Source of the DNA: Macrostomum lignano
Lineage: Eukaryota
Assembly: GCA_002269645.1 (NCBI GenBank)
Contig: NIVC01002002.1
Location: 62,001-126,000 of the forward strand
Length of the DNA: 64,000 nt
Direction of reading: 5' to 3'
Shown here: in pieces, positions 36,760 through 47,701 of the stretch
Numbering within the stretch: position 1 is the stretch's first letter
How the letters are laid out: the number at the start of each line of letters is the position of its first letter
Program-made: the position numbers and the translations under genes
The notes under the pieces: model-generated
Database searches by the model: none
The model's input: only the letters and a program-made list of their open reading frames with translations
What the model was told of the DNA's origin: nothing

Positions 36760-39700
36760 GCCTGTTCTCCTCTGCCTGCTGACTAGATTAGCAATCCACT
36801 CTGTTCTCCTTTGCCTGTTAGCTAGATTAGCAATCCACTCTGTTCTCCTCTGCCTGCTGGCTAGATTAGCAATCCACTCTGTTCTCCTTTGCCTGTTAGC
36901 TAGATTAGCAATCCACTCTGTTCTCCTTTGCCTGTTAGCTAGATTAGCAATCCACTCTGTTCTCCTTTGCCTGTTAGCTAGATTAGCAATCCACTCTGTT
37001 CTCCTCTGCCTGCTGGCTAGATTAGCAATCCACTCTGTTCTCCTTTGCCTGTTAGCTAGATTAGCAATCTACTCTGCTCTCCTCTGCCTGCTGGCTAGAT
37101 TAGCAATCCACTCTGTTCTCCTTTGCCTGTTAGCTAGATTAGCAATCCACTCTGTTATCTGCCTGTTAGCTAGATTAGCAATCCACTCTGTTCTTCTCTG
37201 CCTGCTGGCTAGATTAGCAATCCACTCTGTTCTTCTCTGCCTGCTGGCTAGATTAGCAATCCACTCTGTTCTCCTTTGCCTGTTGGCTAGATTAGCAATC
37301 CATTCTGTTCTCCTCTGCCTGCTGGCTAAATTAGCAATCCACTCTGTTATCTGCCTGTTAGCTAGATTAGCAATCCACTCTGTTCTCCTTTGCCTGTTAG
37401 CTAGATTAGCAATCCACTCTGTTCTCCTTTGCCTGTTAGCTAGATTAGCAATCCACTCTATTCCTCTGCCTGTTAGCTAGATTAGCAATCCACTCTGTTC
37501 TCCTTTGCCTGTTAGCTAGATTAGCAATCCACTCTGTTCTCCTTTGCCTGTTAGCTAGATTAGCAATCCACTCTGTTCTCCTTTGCCTGTTAGCTAGATT
37601 AGCAATCCACTCTGTTATCTGCCTGTTAGCTAGATTAGCAATCCACTCTGTTCTCCTTTGCCTGTTAGCTAGATTAGCAATCCACTCTGTTCTCCTCTGC
37701 CTGCTGGCTAGATTAGCAATCCACTCTGTTCTCCTTTGCCTGTTAGCTAGATTAGCAATCCACTCTGTTATCTGCCTGCTGGCTAGATTAGCAATCCACT
37801 CTGTTCTTCTCTGCCTGCTGGCTAGATTAGCAATCCACTCTGTTCTTCTCTGCCTGCTGGCTAGATTAGCAATCCACTCTGTTCTCCTTTGCCTGTTGGC
37901 TAGATTAGCAATCCATTCTGTTCTCCTCTGCCTGCTGGCTAAATTAGCAATCCACTCTGTTATCTGCCTGTTAGCTAGATTAGCAATCCACTCTGTTCTC
38001 CTTTGCCTGTTAGCTAGATTAGCAATCCACTCTGTTCTCCTTTGCCTGTTAGCTAGATTAGCAATCCACTCTATTCCTCTGCCTGTTAGCTAGATTAGCA
38101 ATCCACTCTGTTCTCCTTTGCCTGTTAGCTAGATTAGCAATCCACTCTGTTCTCCTTTGCCTGTTAGCTAGATTAGCAATCCACTCTGTTCTCCTTTGCC
38201 TGTTAGCTAGATTAGCAATCCACTCTGTTCTCCTTTGCCTGTTAGCTAGATTAGCAATCCACTCTGTTATCTGCCTGTTAGCTAGATTAGCAATCCACTC
38301 TGTTCTCCTTTGCCTGTTAGCTAGATTAGCAATCCACTCTGTTCTCCTCTGCCTGCTGGCTAGATTAGCAATCCACTCTGTTCTCCTTTGCCTGTTAGCT
38401 AGATTAGCAATCTACTCTGCTCTCCTCTGCCTGCTGGCTAGATTAGCAATCCACTCTGTTCTCCTTTGCCTGTTAGCTAGATTAGCAATCCACTCTGTTA
38501 TCTGCCTGTTAGCTAGATTAGCAATCCACTCTGTTCTCCTTTGCCTGTTAGCTAGATTAGCAATCCACTCTGTTCTCCTCTGCCTGCTGGCTAGATTAGC
38601 AATCCACTCTGTTCATCTCTGCCTGCTGGCTAGATTAGCAATCCACTCTGTTCTTCTCTGCCTGCTGGCTAGATTAGCAATCCACTCTGTTCTCCTTTGC
38701 CTGTTAGCTAGATTAGCAATCCACTCTGCTTCTCCTCTGCCTGCTGGCTAGATTAGCAATCCACTCTGTTCTCCTTTGCCTGTTAGCTAGATTAGCAATC
38801 CACTCTGTTCTCTGCCTGCTGACTAGATTAGCAATCCACTCTGTTCCTCTGCCTGCTGACTAGATTAGCAATCCACTCTGTTCCTCTGCCTGCTGACGAG
38901 ATTAGCAATCCACTCTGTTCCTCTGCCTGCTGACTAGATTAGCAATCCACTCTGTTCTCCTTTGCCTGTTAGCTAGATTAGCAATCCACTCTGTTATCTG
39001 CCTGTTAGCTAGATTAGCAATCCACTCTGTTCTCCTCTGCCTGCTGGCTAGATTAGCAATCCACTCTGTTCTCCTTTGCCTGTTAGCTAGATTAGCAATC
39101 CACTCTGTTCTCCTCTGTCTGCTGGCTAGATTAGCAATCCACTCTGTTCTCTTTTGCCTGTTAGCTAGATTAGCAATCCACTCTGTTCTCCTTTGCCTGT
39201 TAGCTAGATTAGCAATCCACTCTGTTCTCCTCTGCCTGCTGGCTAGATTAGCAATCCACTCTGTTCTCCTTTGCCTGTTAGCTAGATTAGCAATCCACTC
39301 TGCTCTCCTCTGCCTGCTGGCTAGATTAGCAATCCACTCTGTTCTCCTTTGCCTGTTAGCTAGATTAGCAATCCACTCTGTTATCTGCCTGTTAGCTAGA
39401 TTAGCAATCCACTCTGTTCTTCTCTGCCTGCTGGCTAGATTAGCAATCCACTCTGTTCTTCTCTGCCTGCTGGCTAGATTAGCAATCCACTCTGTTCTCC
39501 TTTGCCTGTTGGCTAGATTAGCAATCCATTCTGTTCTCCTCTGCCTGCTGGCTAAATTAGCAATCCACTCTGTTATCTGCCTGTTAGCTAGATTAGCAAT
39601 CCACTCTGTTCTCCTTTGCCTGTTAGCTAGATTAGCAATCCACTCTGTTCTCCTTTGCCTGTTAGCTAGATTAGCAATCCACTCTTTCCTCTGCCTGTTA

Positions 39701-42700
39701 GCTAGATTAGCAATCCACTCTGTTCTCCTTTGCCTGTTAGCTAGATTAGCAATCCACTCTGTTCTCCTTTGCCTGTTAGCTAGATTAGCAATCCACTCTG
39801 TTCTCCTTTGCCTGTTAGCTAGATTAGCAATCCACTCTGTTATCTGCCTGTTAGCTAGATTAGCAATCCACTCTGTTCTCCTTTGCCTGTTAGCTAGATT
39901 AGCAATCCACTCTGTTCTCCTCTGCCTGCTGGCTAGATTAGCAATCCACTCTGTTCTCCTTTGCCTGTTAGCTAGATTAGCAATCCACTCTGTTATCTGC
40001 CTGCTGGCTAGATTAGCAATCCACTCTGTTCTTCTCTGCCTGCTGGCTAGATTAGCAATCCACTCTGTTCTTCTCTGCCTGCTGGCTAGATTAGCAATCC
40101 ACTCTGTTCTCCTTTGCCTGTTGGCTAGATTAGCAATCCACTCTGTTCTTCTCTGCCTGCTGGCTAGATTAGCAATCCACTCTGTTATCTGCCTGTTAGC
40201 TAGATTAGCAATCCACTCTGTTCTCCTTTGCCTGTTAGCTAGATTAGCAATCCACTCTGTTCTCCTTTGCCTGTTAGCTAGATTAGCAATCCACTCTTTC
40301 CTCTGCCTGTTAGCTAGATTAGCAATCCACTCTGTTCTCCTTTGCCTGTTAGCTAGATTAGCAATCCACTCTGTTCTCCTTTGCCTGTTAGCTAGATTAG
40401 CAATCCACTCTGTTCTCCTTTGCCTGTTAGCTAGATTAGCAATCCACTCTGTTATCTGCCTGTTAGCTAGATTAGCAATCCACTCTGTTCTCCTTTGCCT
40501 GTTAGCTAGATTAGCAATCCACTCTGTTCTCCTCTGCCTGCTGGCTAGATTAGCAATCCACTCTGTTCTCCTTTGCCTGTTAGCTAGATTAGCAATCCAC
40601 TCTGTTCTCCTCTGCCTGCTGGCTAGATTAGCAATCCACTCTGTTCTCCTTTGCCTGTTAGCTAGATTAGCAATCCACTCTGTTATCTGCCTGTTAGCTA
40701 GATTAGCAATCCACTCTGTTCTCCTTTGCCTGTTAGCTAGATTAGCAATCCACTCTGTTCTCCTCTGCCTGCTGGCTAGATTAGCAATCCACTCTGTTCT
40801 CTCTGCCTGCTGCTAGATTAGCAATCCACTCTGTTCTTCTCTGCCTGCTGGCTAGATTAGCAATCCACTCTGTTCTCCTTTGCCTGTTAGCTAGATTAGC
40901 AATCCACTCTGTCTCCTCTGCCTGCTGGCTAGATTAGCAATCCACTCTGTTCTCCTTTGCCTGTTAGCTAGATTAGCAATCCACTCTGTTCTCTGCCTGC
41001 TGACTAGATTAGCAATCCACTCTGTTCCTCTGCCTGCTGACTAGATTAGCAATCCACTCTGTTCCTCTGCCTGCTGACTAGATTAGCAATCCACTCTGTT
41101 CCTCTGCCTGCTGACTAGATTAGCAATCCACTCTGTTCTCCTTTGCCTGTTAGCTAGATTAGCAATCCACTCTGTTATCTGCCTGTTAGCTAGATTAGCA
41201 ATCCACTCTGTTCTCCTCTGCCTGCTGGCTAGATTAGCAATCCACTCTGTTCTCCTTTGCCTGTTAGCTAGATTAGCAATCCACTCTGTTCTCCTCTGCC
41301 TGCTGGCTAGATTAGCAATCCACTCTGTTCTCTTTGCCTGTTAGCTAGATTAGCAATCCACTCTGTTCTCCTTTGCCTGTTAGCTAGATTAGCAATCCAC
41401 TCTGTTCTCCTTTGCCTGTTAGCTAGATTAGCAATCCACTCTGTTCTCCTTTGCCTGTTAGCTAGATTAGCAATCCACTCTGTTCTCTCTGCCTGCTGGC
41501 TAGATTAGCAATCCACTCTGTTCTCCTTTGCCTGTTAGCTAGATTAGCAATCCACTCTGTTCTCCTCTGCCTGCTGGCTAGATTAGCAATCCACTCTGTT
41601 CTCCTTTGCCTGTTAGCTAGATTAGCAATCCACTCTGTTCTCTGCCTGCTGACTAGATTAGCAATCCACTCTGTTCCTCTGCCTGCTGACTAGATTAGCA
41701 ATCCACTCTGTTCCTCTGCCTGCTGACTAGATTAGCAATCCACTCTGTTCCTCTGCCTGCTGACTAGATTAGCAATCCACTCTGTTCTCCTTTGCCTGTT
41801 AGCTAGATTAGCAATCCACTCTGTTATCTGCCTGTTAGCTAGATTAGCAATCCACTCTGTTCTCCTTTGCCTGTTAGCTAGATTAGCAATCACTCTATTC
41901 CTCTGCCTGTTAGCTAGATTAGCAATCCACTCTGTTCTCCTTTGCCTGTTAGCTAGATTAGCAATCCACTCTGTTCTCCTTGCCTGTTAGCTAGATTAGC
42001 AATCCACTCTGTTATCTGCCTGTTAGCTAGATTAGCAATCCACTCTGTTCTCCTTTGCCTGTTAGCTAGATTAGCAATCCACTCTGTTCTCCTCTGCCTG
42101 CTGGCTAGATTAGCAATCCACTCTGTTCTCCTTTGCCTGTTAGCTAGATTAGCAATCCACTCTGTTCTCCTTTGCCTGTTAGCTAGATTAGCAATCCACT
42201 CTGCTCTCCTCTGCCTGCTGGCTAGATTAGCAATCCACTCTGTTCTCCTTTGCCTGTTAGCTAGATTAGCAATCCACTCTGTTCTTCTCTGCCTGTTAGC
42301 TAGATTAGCAATCCACTCTGTTCTTCTCTGCCTGCTGGCTAGATTAGCAATCCACTCTGTTCTCCTTTGCCTGTTAGCTAGATTAGCAATCCATCTGTTC
42401 TTCTCTGCCTGCTGGCTAGATTAGCAATCCACTCTGTTCTTCTCTGCCTGCTGGCTAGATTAGCAATCCACTCTGTTCTTCTCTGCCTGCTGGCTAGATT
42501 AGCAATCCACTCTGTTCTCCTTTGCCTGTTGGCTAGATTAGCAATCCATCTGTTCTCCTCTGCCTGCTGGCTAGATTAGCAATCCACTCTGTTATCTGCC
42601 TGTTAGCTAGATTAGCAATCCACTCTGTTCTCCTTTGCCTGTTAGCTAGATTAGCAATCCACTCTGTTCTCCTTTGCCTGTTAGCTAGATTAGCAATCCA

Positions 42701-45700
42701 CTCTGTTCCTCTGCCTGTTAGCTAGATTAGCAATCCACTCTGTTCTCCTTTGCCTGTTAGCTAGATTAGCAATCCACTCTGTTCTCCTTTGCCTGTTAGC
42801 TAGATTAGCAACCACTCTGTTCTCCTTTGCCTGTTAGCTAGATTAGCAATCCACTCTGTTATCTGCCTGTTAGCTAGATTAGCAATCCACTCTGTTCTCC
42901 TTTGCCTGTTAGCTAGATTAGCAATCCACTCTGTTCTCCTCTGCCTGCTGGCTAGATTAGCAATCCACTCTGTTCCTCTGCCTGTTAGCTAGATTAGCAA
43001 TCCACTCTGTTCTCCTTTGCCTGTTAGCTAGATTAGCAATCCACTCTGTTCTTCTCTGCCTGCTGGCTAGATTAGCAATCCACTCTGTTCTCCTTTGCCT
43101 GTTAGCTAGATTAGCAATCCACTCTGTTCTCCTCTGCCTGCTGGCTAGATTAGCAATCCACTCTGTTCTCCTTTGCCTGTTAGCTAGATTAGCAATCCAC
43201 TCTGTTCTCCTCTGCCTGCTGGCTAGATTAGCAATCCACTCTGTTCTCCTTTGCCTGTTAGCTAGATTAGCAATCCACTCTGTTCTCCTTTGCCTGTTAG
43301 CTAGATTAGCAATCCACTCTGTTCTCCTTTGCCTGTTAGCTAGATTAGCAATCCACTCTGTTCTCTCTGCCTGCTGGCTAGATTAGCAATCCACTCTGTT
43401 CTTCTCTGCCTGCTGGCTAGATTAGCAATCCACTCTGTTATCTGCCTGTTAGCTAGATTAGCAATCCACTCTGTTCTCCTTTGCCTGTTAGCTAGATTAG
43501 CAATCCACTCTGTTCTCCTCTGCCTGCTGGCTAGATTAGCAATCCACTCTGTTCTCCTTTGCCTGTTAGCTAGATTAGCAATCCACTCTGTCTCCTCTGC
43601 CTGCTGGCTAGATTAGCAATCCACTCTGTTCTCCTTTGCCTGTTAGCTAGATTAGCAATCCACTCTGTTCTCTGCCTGTTAGCTAGATTAGCAATCCACT
43701 CTGTTCTCCTTTGCCTGTTAGCTAGATTAGCAATCCACTCTGTTCTCCTCTGCCTGCTGGCTAGATTAGCAATCCACTCTGTTCATCTCTGCCTGCTGGC
43801 TAGATTAGCAATCCACTCTGTTCTCTCTGCCTGCTGGCTAGATTAGCAATCCACTCTGTTCTCCTTTGCCTGTTAGCTAGATTAGCAATCCACTCTGTCT
43901 CCTCTGCCTGCTGGCTAGATTAGCAATCCACTCTGTTCTCCTTTGCCTGTTAGCTGGATTAGCAATCCACTCTGTTCTCTGCCTGCTGACTAGATTAGCA
44001 ATCCACTCTGTTCCTCTGCCTGCTGACTAGATTAGCAATCCACTCTGTTCCTCTGCCTGCTGACGAGATTAGCAATCCACTCTGTTCCTCTGCCTGCTGA
44101 CTAGATTAGCAATCCACTCTGTTCTCCTTTGCCTGTTAGCTAGATTAGCAATCCACTCTGTTATCTGCCTGTTAGCTAGATTAGCAATCCACTCTGTTCT
44201 CCTCTGCCTGCTGGCTAGATTAGCAATCCACTCTGTTCTCCTTTGCCTGTTAGCTAGATTAGCAATCCACTCTGTTCTCCTCTGCTGCTGGCTAGATTAG
44301 CAATCCACTCTGTTCTCTTTGCCTGTTAGCTAGATTAGCAATCCACTCTGTTCTCCTTTGCCTGTTAGCTAGATTAGCAATCCACTCTGTTCTCCTTTGC
44401 CTGTTAGCTAGATTAGCAATCCACTCTGATCTCCTTTGCCTGTTAGCTAGATTAGCAATCCACTCTGTTCTTCTCTGCCTGCTGGCTAGATTAGCAATCC
44501 ACTCTGTTCTCCTTTGCCTGTTAGCTAGATTAGCAATCCACTCTGTCTCCTCTGCCTGCTGGCTAGATTAGCAATCCACTCTGTTCTCCTTTGCCTGTTA
44601 GCTAGATTAGCAATCCACTCTGTTCTCTGCCTGCTGACTAGATTAGCAATCCACTCTGTTCCTCTGCCTGCTGACTAGATTAGCAATCCACTCTGTTCCT
44701 CTGCCTGCTGACTAGATTAGCAATCCACTCTGTTCCTCTGCCTGCTGACTAGATTAGCAATCCACTCTGTTCTCCTTTGCCTGTTAGCTAGATTAGCAAT
44801 CCACTCTGTTATCTGCCTGTTAGCTAGATTAGCAATCCACTCTGTTCTCCTTTGCCTGTTAGCTAGATTAGCAATCCACTCTATTCCTCTGCCTGTTAGC
44901 TAGATTAGCAATCCACTCTGTTCTCCTTTGCCTGTTAGCTAGATTAGCAATCCACTCTGTTCTCCTTGCCTGTTAGCTAGATTAGCAATCCACTCTGTTA
45001 TCTGCCTGTTAGCTAGATTAGCAATCCACTCTGTTCTCCTTTGCCTGTTAGCTAGATTAGCAATCCACTCTGTTCTCCTCTGCCTGCTGGCTAGATTAGC
45101 AATCCACTCTGTTCTCCTTTGCCTGTTAGCTAGATTAGCAATCCACTCTGTTCTCCTTTGCCTGTTAGCTAGATTAGCAATCCACTCTGTCTCCTCTGCC
45201 TGCTGGCTAGATTAGCAATCCACTCTGTTCTCCTTTGCCTGTTAGCTAGATTAGCAATCCACTCTGTTCTCCTCTGCCTGCTGGCTAGATTAGCAATCCA
45301 ATCTGTTCTCATTTGCCTGTTAGCTAGATTAGCAATCCACTCTGTTCTTCTCTGCCTGTTGGCTAGATTAGCAATCCACTCTGTTCTTCTCTGCCTGCTG
45401 GCTAGATTAGCAATCTACTCTGTTCTCCTTTGCCTGTTAGCTAGATTAGCAATCCATTCTGTTCTTCTCTGCCTGCTGGCTAGATTAGCAATCCACTCTG
45501 TTCTTCTCTGCCTGCTGGCTAGATTAGCAATCCACTCTGTTCTTCTCTGCCTGCTGGCTAGATTAGCAATCCACTCTGTTCTCCTTTGCCTGTTGGCTAG
45601 ATTAGCAATCCATTCTGTTCTCCTCTGCCTGCTGGCTAAATTAGCAATCCACTCTGTTATCTGCCTGTTAGCTAGATTAGCAATCCACTCTGTTCTCCTT

Positions 45701-47530
45701 TGCCTGTTAGCTAGATTAGCAATCCACTCTGTTCTCCTTTGCCTGTTAGCTAGATTAGCAATCCACTCTATTCCTCTGCCTGTTAGCTAGATTAGCAATC
45801 CACTCTGTTCTCCTTTGCCTGTTAGCTAGATTAGCAATCCACTCTGTTCTCCTTTGCCTGTTAGCTAGATTAGCAACCACTCTGTTCTCCTTTGCCTGTT
45901 AGCTAGATTAGCAATCCACTCTGTTATCTGCCTGTTAGCTAGATTAGCAATCCACTCTGTTCTCCTTTGCCTGTTAGCTAGATTAGCAATCCACTCTGTT
46001 CTCCTCTGCCTGCTGGCTAGATTAGCAATCCACTCTGTTCCTCTGCCTGTTAGCTAGATTAGCAATCCACTCTGTTCTCCTTTGCCTGTTAGCTAGATTA
46101 GCAATCCACTCTGTTCTTCTCTGCCTGCTGGCTAGATTAGCAATCCACTCTGTTCTCCTTTGCCTGTTAGCTAGATTAGCAATCCACTCTGTTCTCCTCT
46201 GCCTGCTGGCTAGATTAGCAATCCACTCTGTTCTCCTTTGCCTGTTAGCTAGATTAGCAATCCACTCTGTTCTCCTCTGCCTGCTGGCTAGATTAGCAAT
46301 CCACTCTGTTCTCCTTTGCCTGTTAGCTAGATTAGCAATCCACTCTGTTCTCCTTTGCCTGTTAGCTAGATTAGCAATCCACTCTGTTCTCCTTTGCCTG
46401 TTAGCTAGATTAGCAATCCACTCTGTTCTTCTCTGCCTGCTGGCTAGATTAGCAATCCACTCTGTTCTTCTCTGCCTGTTAGCTAGATTAGCAATCCACT
46501 CTGTTCTCCTTTGCCTGTTGGCTAGATTAGCAATCCATTCTGTTCTTCTCTGCCTGCTGGCTAGATTAGCAATCCACTCTGTTCTTCTCTGCCTGCTGGC
46601 TAGATTAGCAATCCACTCTGTTCTCCTTTGCCTGTTAGCTAGATTAGCAATCCACTCTGTTCTCCTCTGCCTGCTGACTAGATTAGCAATCCACTCTGTT
46701 CCTCTGCCTGCTGACTAGATTAGCAATCCAGTCTGTTCCTCTGCCTGTTAGCTAGATTAGCAATCCATTTATTCCTCTGCCTGTTAGCTAGATTAGCAAT
46801 CCACTCTGTTCCTCTGCCTGTTAGCTAGATTAGCAATCCATTTATTCCTCTGCCTGTTAGCTAGATTAGCAATCCATTTATTCCTCTGCCTGTTAGCTAG
46901 ATTAGCAATCCACTCTGTTCCTCTGCCTGTTAGCTAGATTAGCAATCCATTCTGTTCCTCTGCCTGTTAGCTAGATGTTAGCTAGATTAGCAATCCATTC
47001 TGTTCCTCTGCCTGTTAGCTGGATGTTAGCTAGATAAGCAATCCAGTCTGTTCCTCTGCCTGTTAGCTAGATTAGCAATCCATTTATTCCTCTGCCTGTT
47101 AGCTAGATGTTAGCTAGATAAGCAATCCAGTCTGTTCCTCTGCCTGTTAGCTAGATTAGCAATCCATTTATTCCTCTGCCTGTTAGCTAGATTAGCAATC
47201 CATTTATTCCTCTGCCTGTTAGCTAGATTAGCAATCCATTTATTCCTCTGCCTGTTAGCTAGATTAGCAATCCATTTATTCCTCTGCCTGTTAGCTAGAT
47301 TAGCAATCCACTCTATTCCTCTGCCTGTTAGCTAGATTAGCAATCCAGTCTGTTCCTCTGCCTGTTAGCTAGATTAGCAATCCATTTATTCCTCGGCCTG
47401 TTAGCTAGATTAGCAATCCATTTATTCCTCTGCCTGTTAGCTAGATTAGCAATCCACTCTATTCCTCTGCCTGTTAGCTAGATTAGCAATCCACTCTATT
47501 CCTCTGCCTGTTAGCTAGATTAGCAATCCA
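36760..47530. repeat. ~10.8-kb 36-39-bp satellite, GATTGCTAATC-core family (inverted orientation), intronic
   Basis: Unit TAGATTAGCAATCCACTCTGTTCTCCTTTGCCTGTTAGC; roughly 280 copies by length/unit. Confidence 0.98.
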
Positions 47531-47560
47531 TAATTTCTACTTATAGTCAATGTCACTCAC

Positions 47561-47701
47561 CTGGTTCTGCTTATCGTACAGAATGGCGCACCTGTCTGCC
47601 TCATTAGTCCGCAAGCCATTCTGTGGCAGCTCCCCCTGCCGCTCCGAGCCTCTGTCATCGCTGGAGCCGTCGCTCAGAGGCTCCTCGCCGTCGTCTTCCA
47701 T
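47561..47701 (-). CDS. Uncharacterised protein, first coding exon (47 aa)
   Basis: MEDDGEEPLSDGSSDDRGSERQGELPQNGLRTNEADRCAILYDKQNQ followed by a GTGAGT donor (47555-47560), phase 0, joining in frame to 36718. Confidence 0.68.

Noticed and set aside
39509-40816. 435-aa ORF (LARLAIHSVLLCL)n, and similar ORFs at 36746, 37896, 45359, 46518
   Set aside because: By-product of 36/39-bp units that lack stops in one frame. It is antisense to the host intron and has no start or termination context.
40800-45300. Scattered single-base deletions in array units suggesting a divergent sub-array
   Set aside because: The sporadic pattern is equally consistent with long-read consensus errors and cannot be trusted without raw reads.
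26306-47530. CRISPR-like repeat/spacer appearance of the box-containing arrays
   Set aside because: Spacers are themselves repeated rather than unique, the context is eukaryotic and there are no cas genes.
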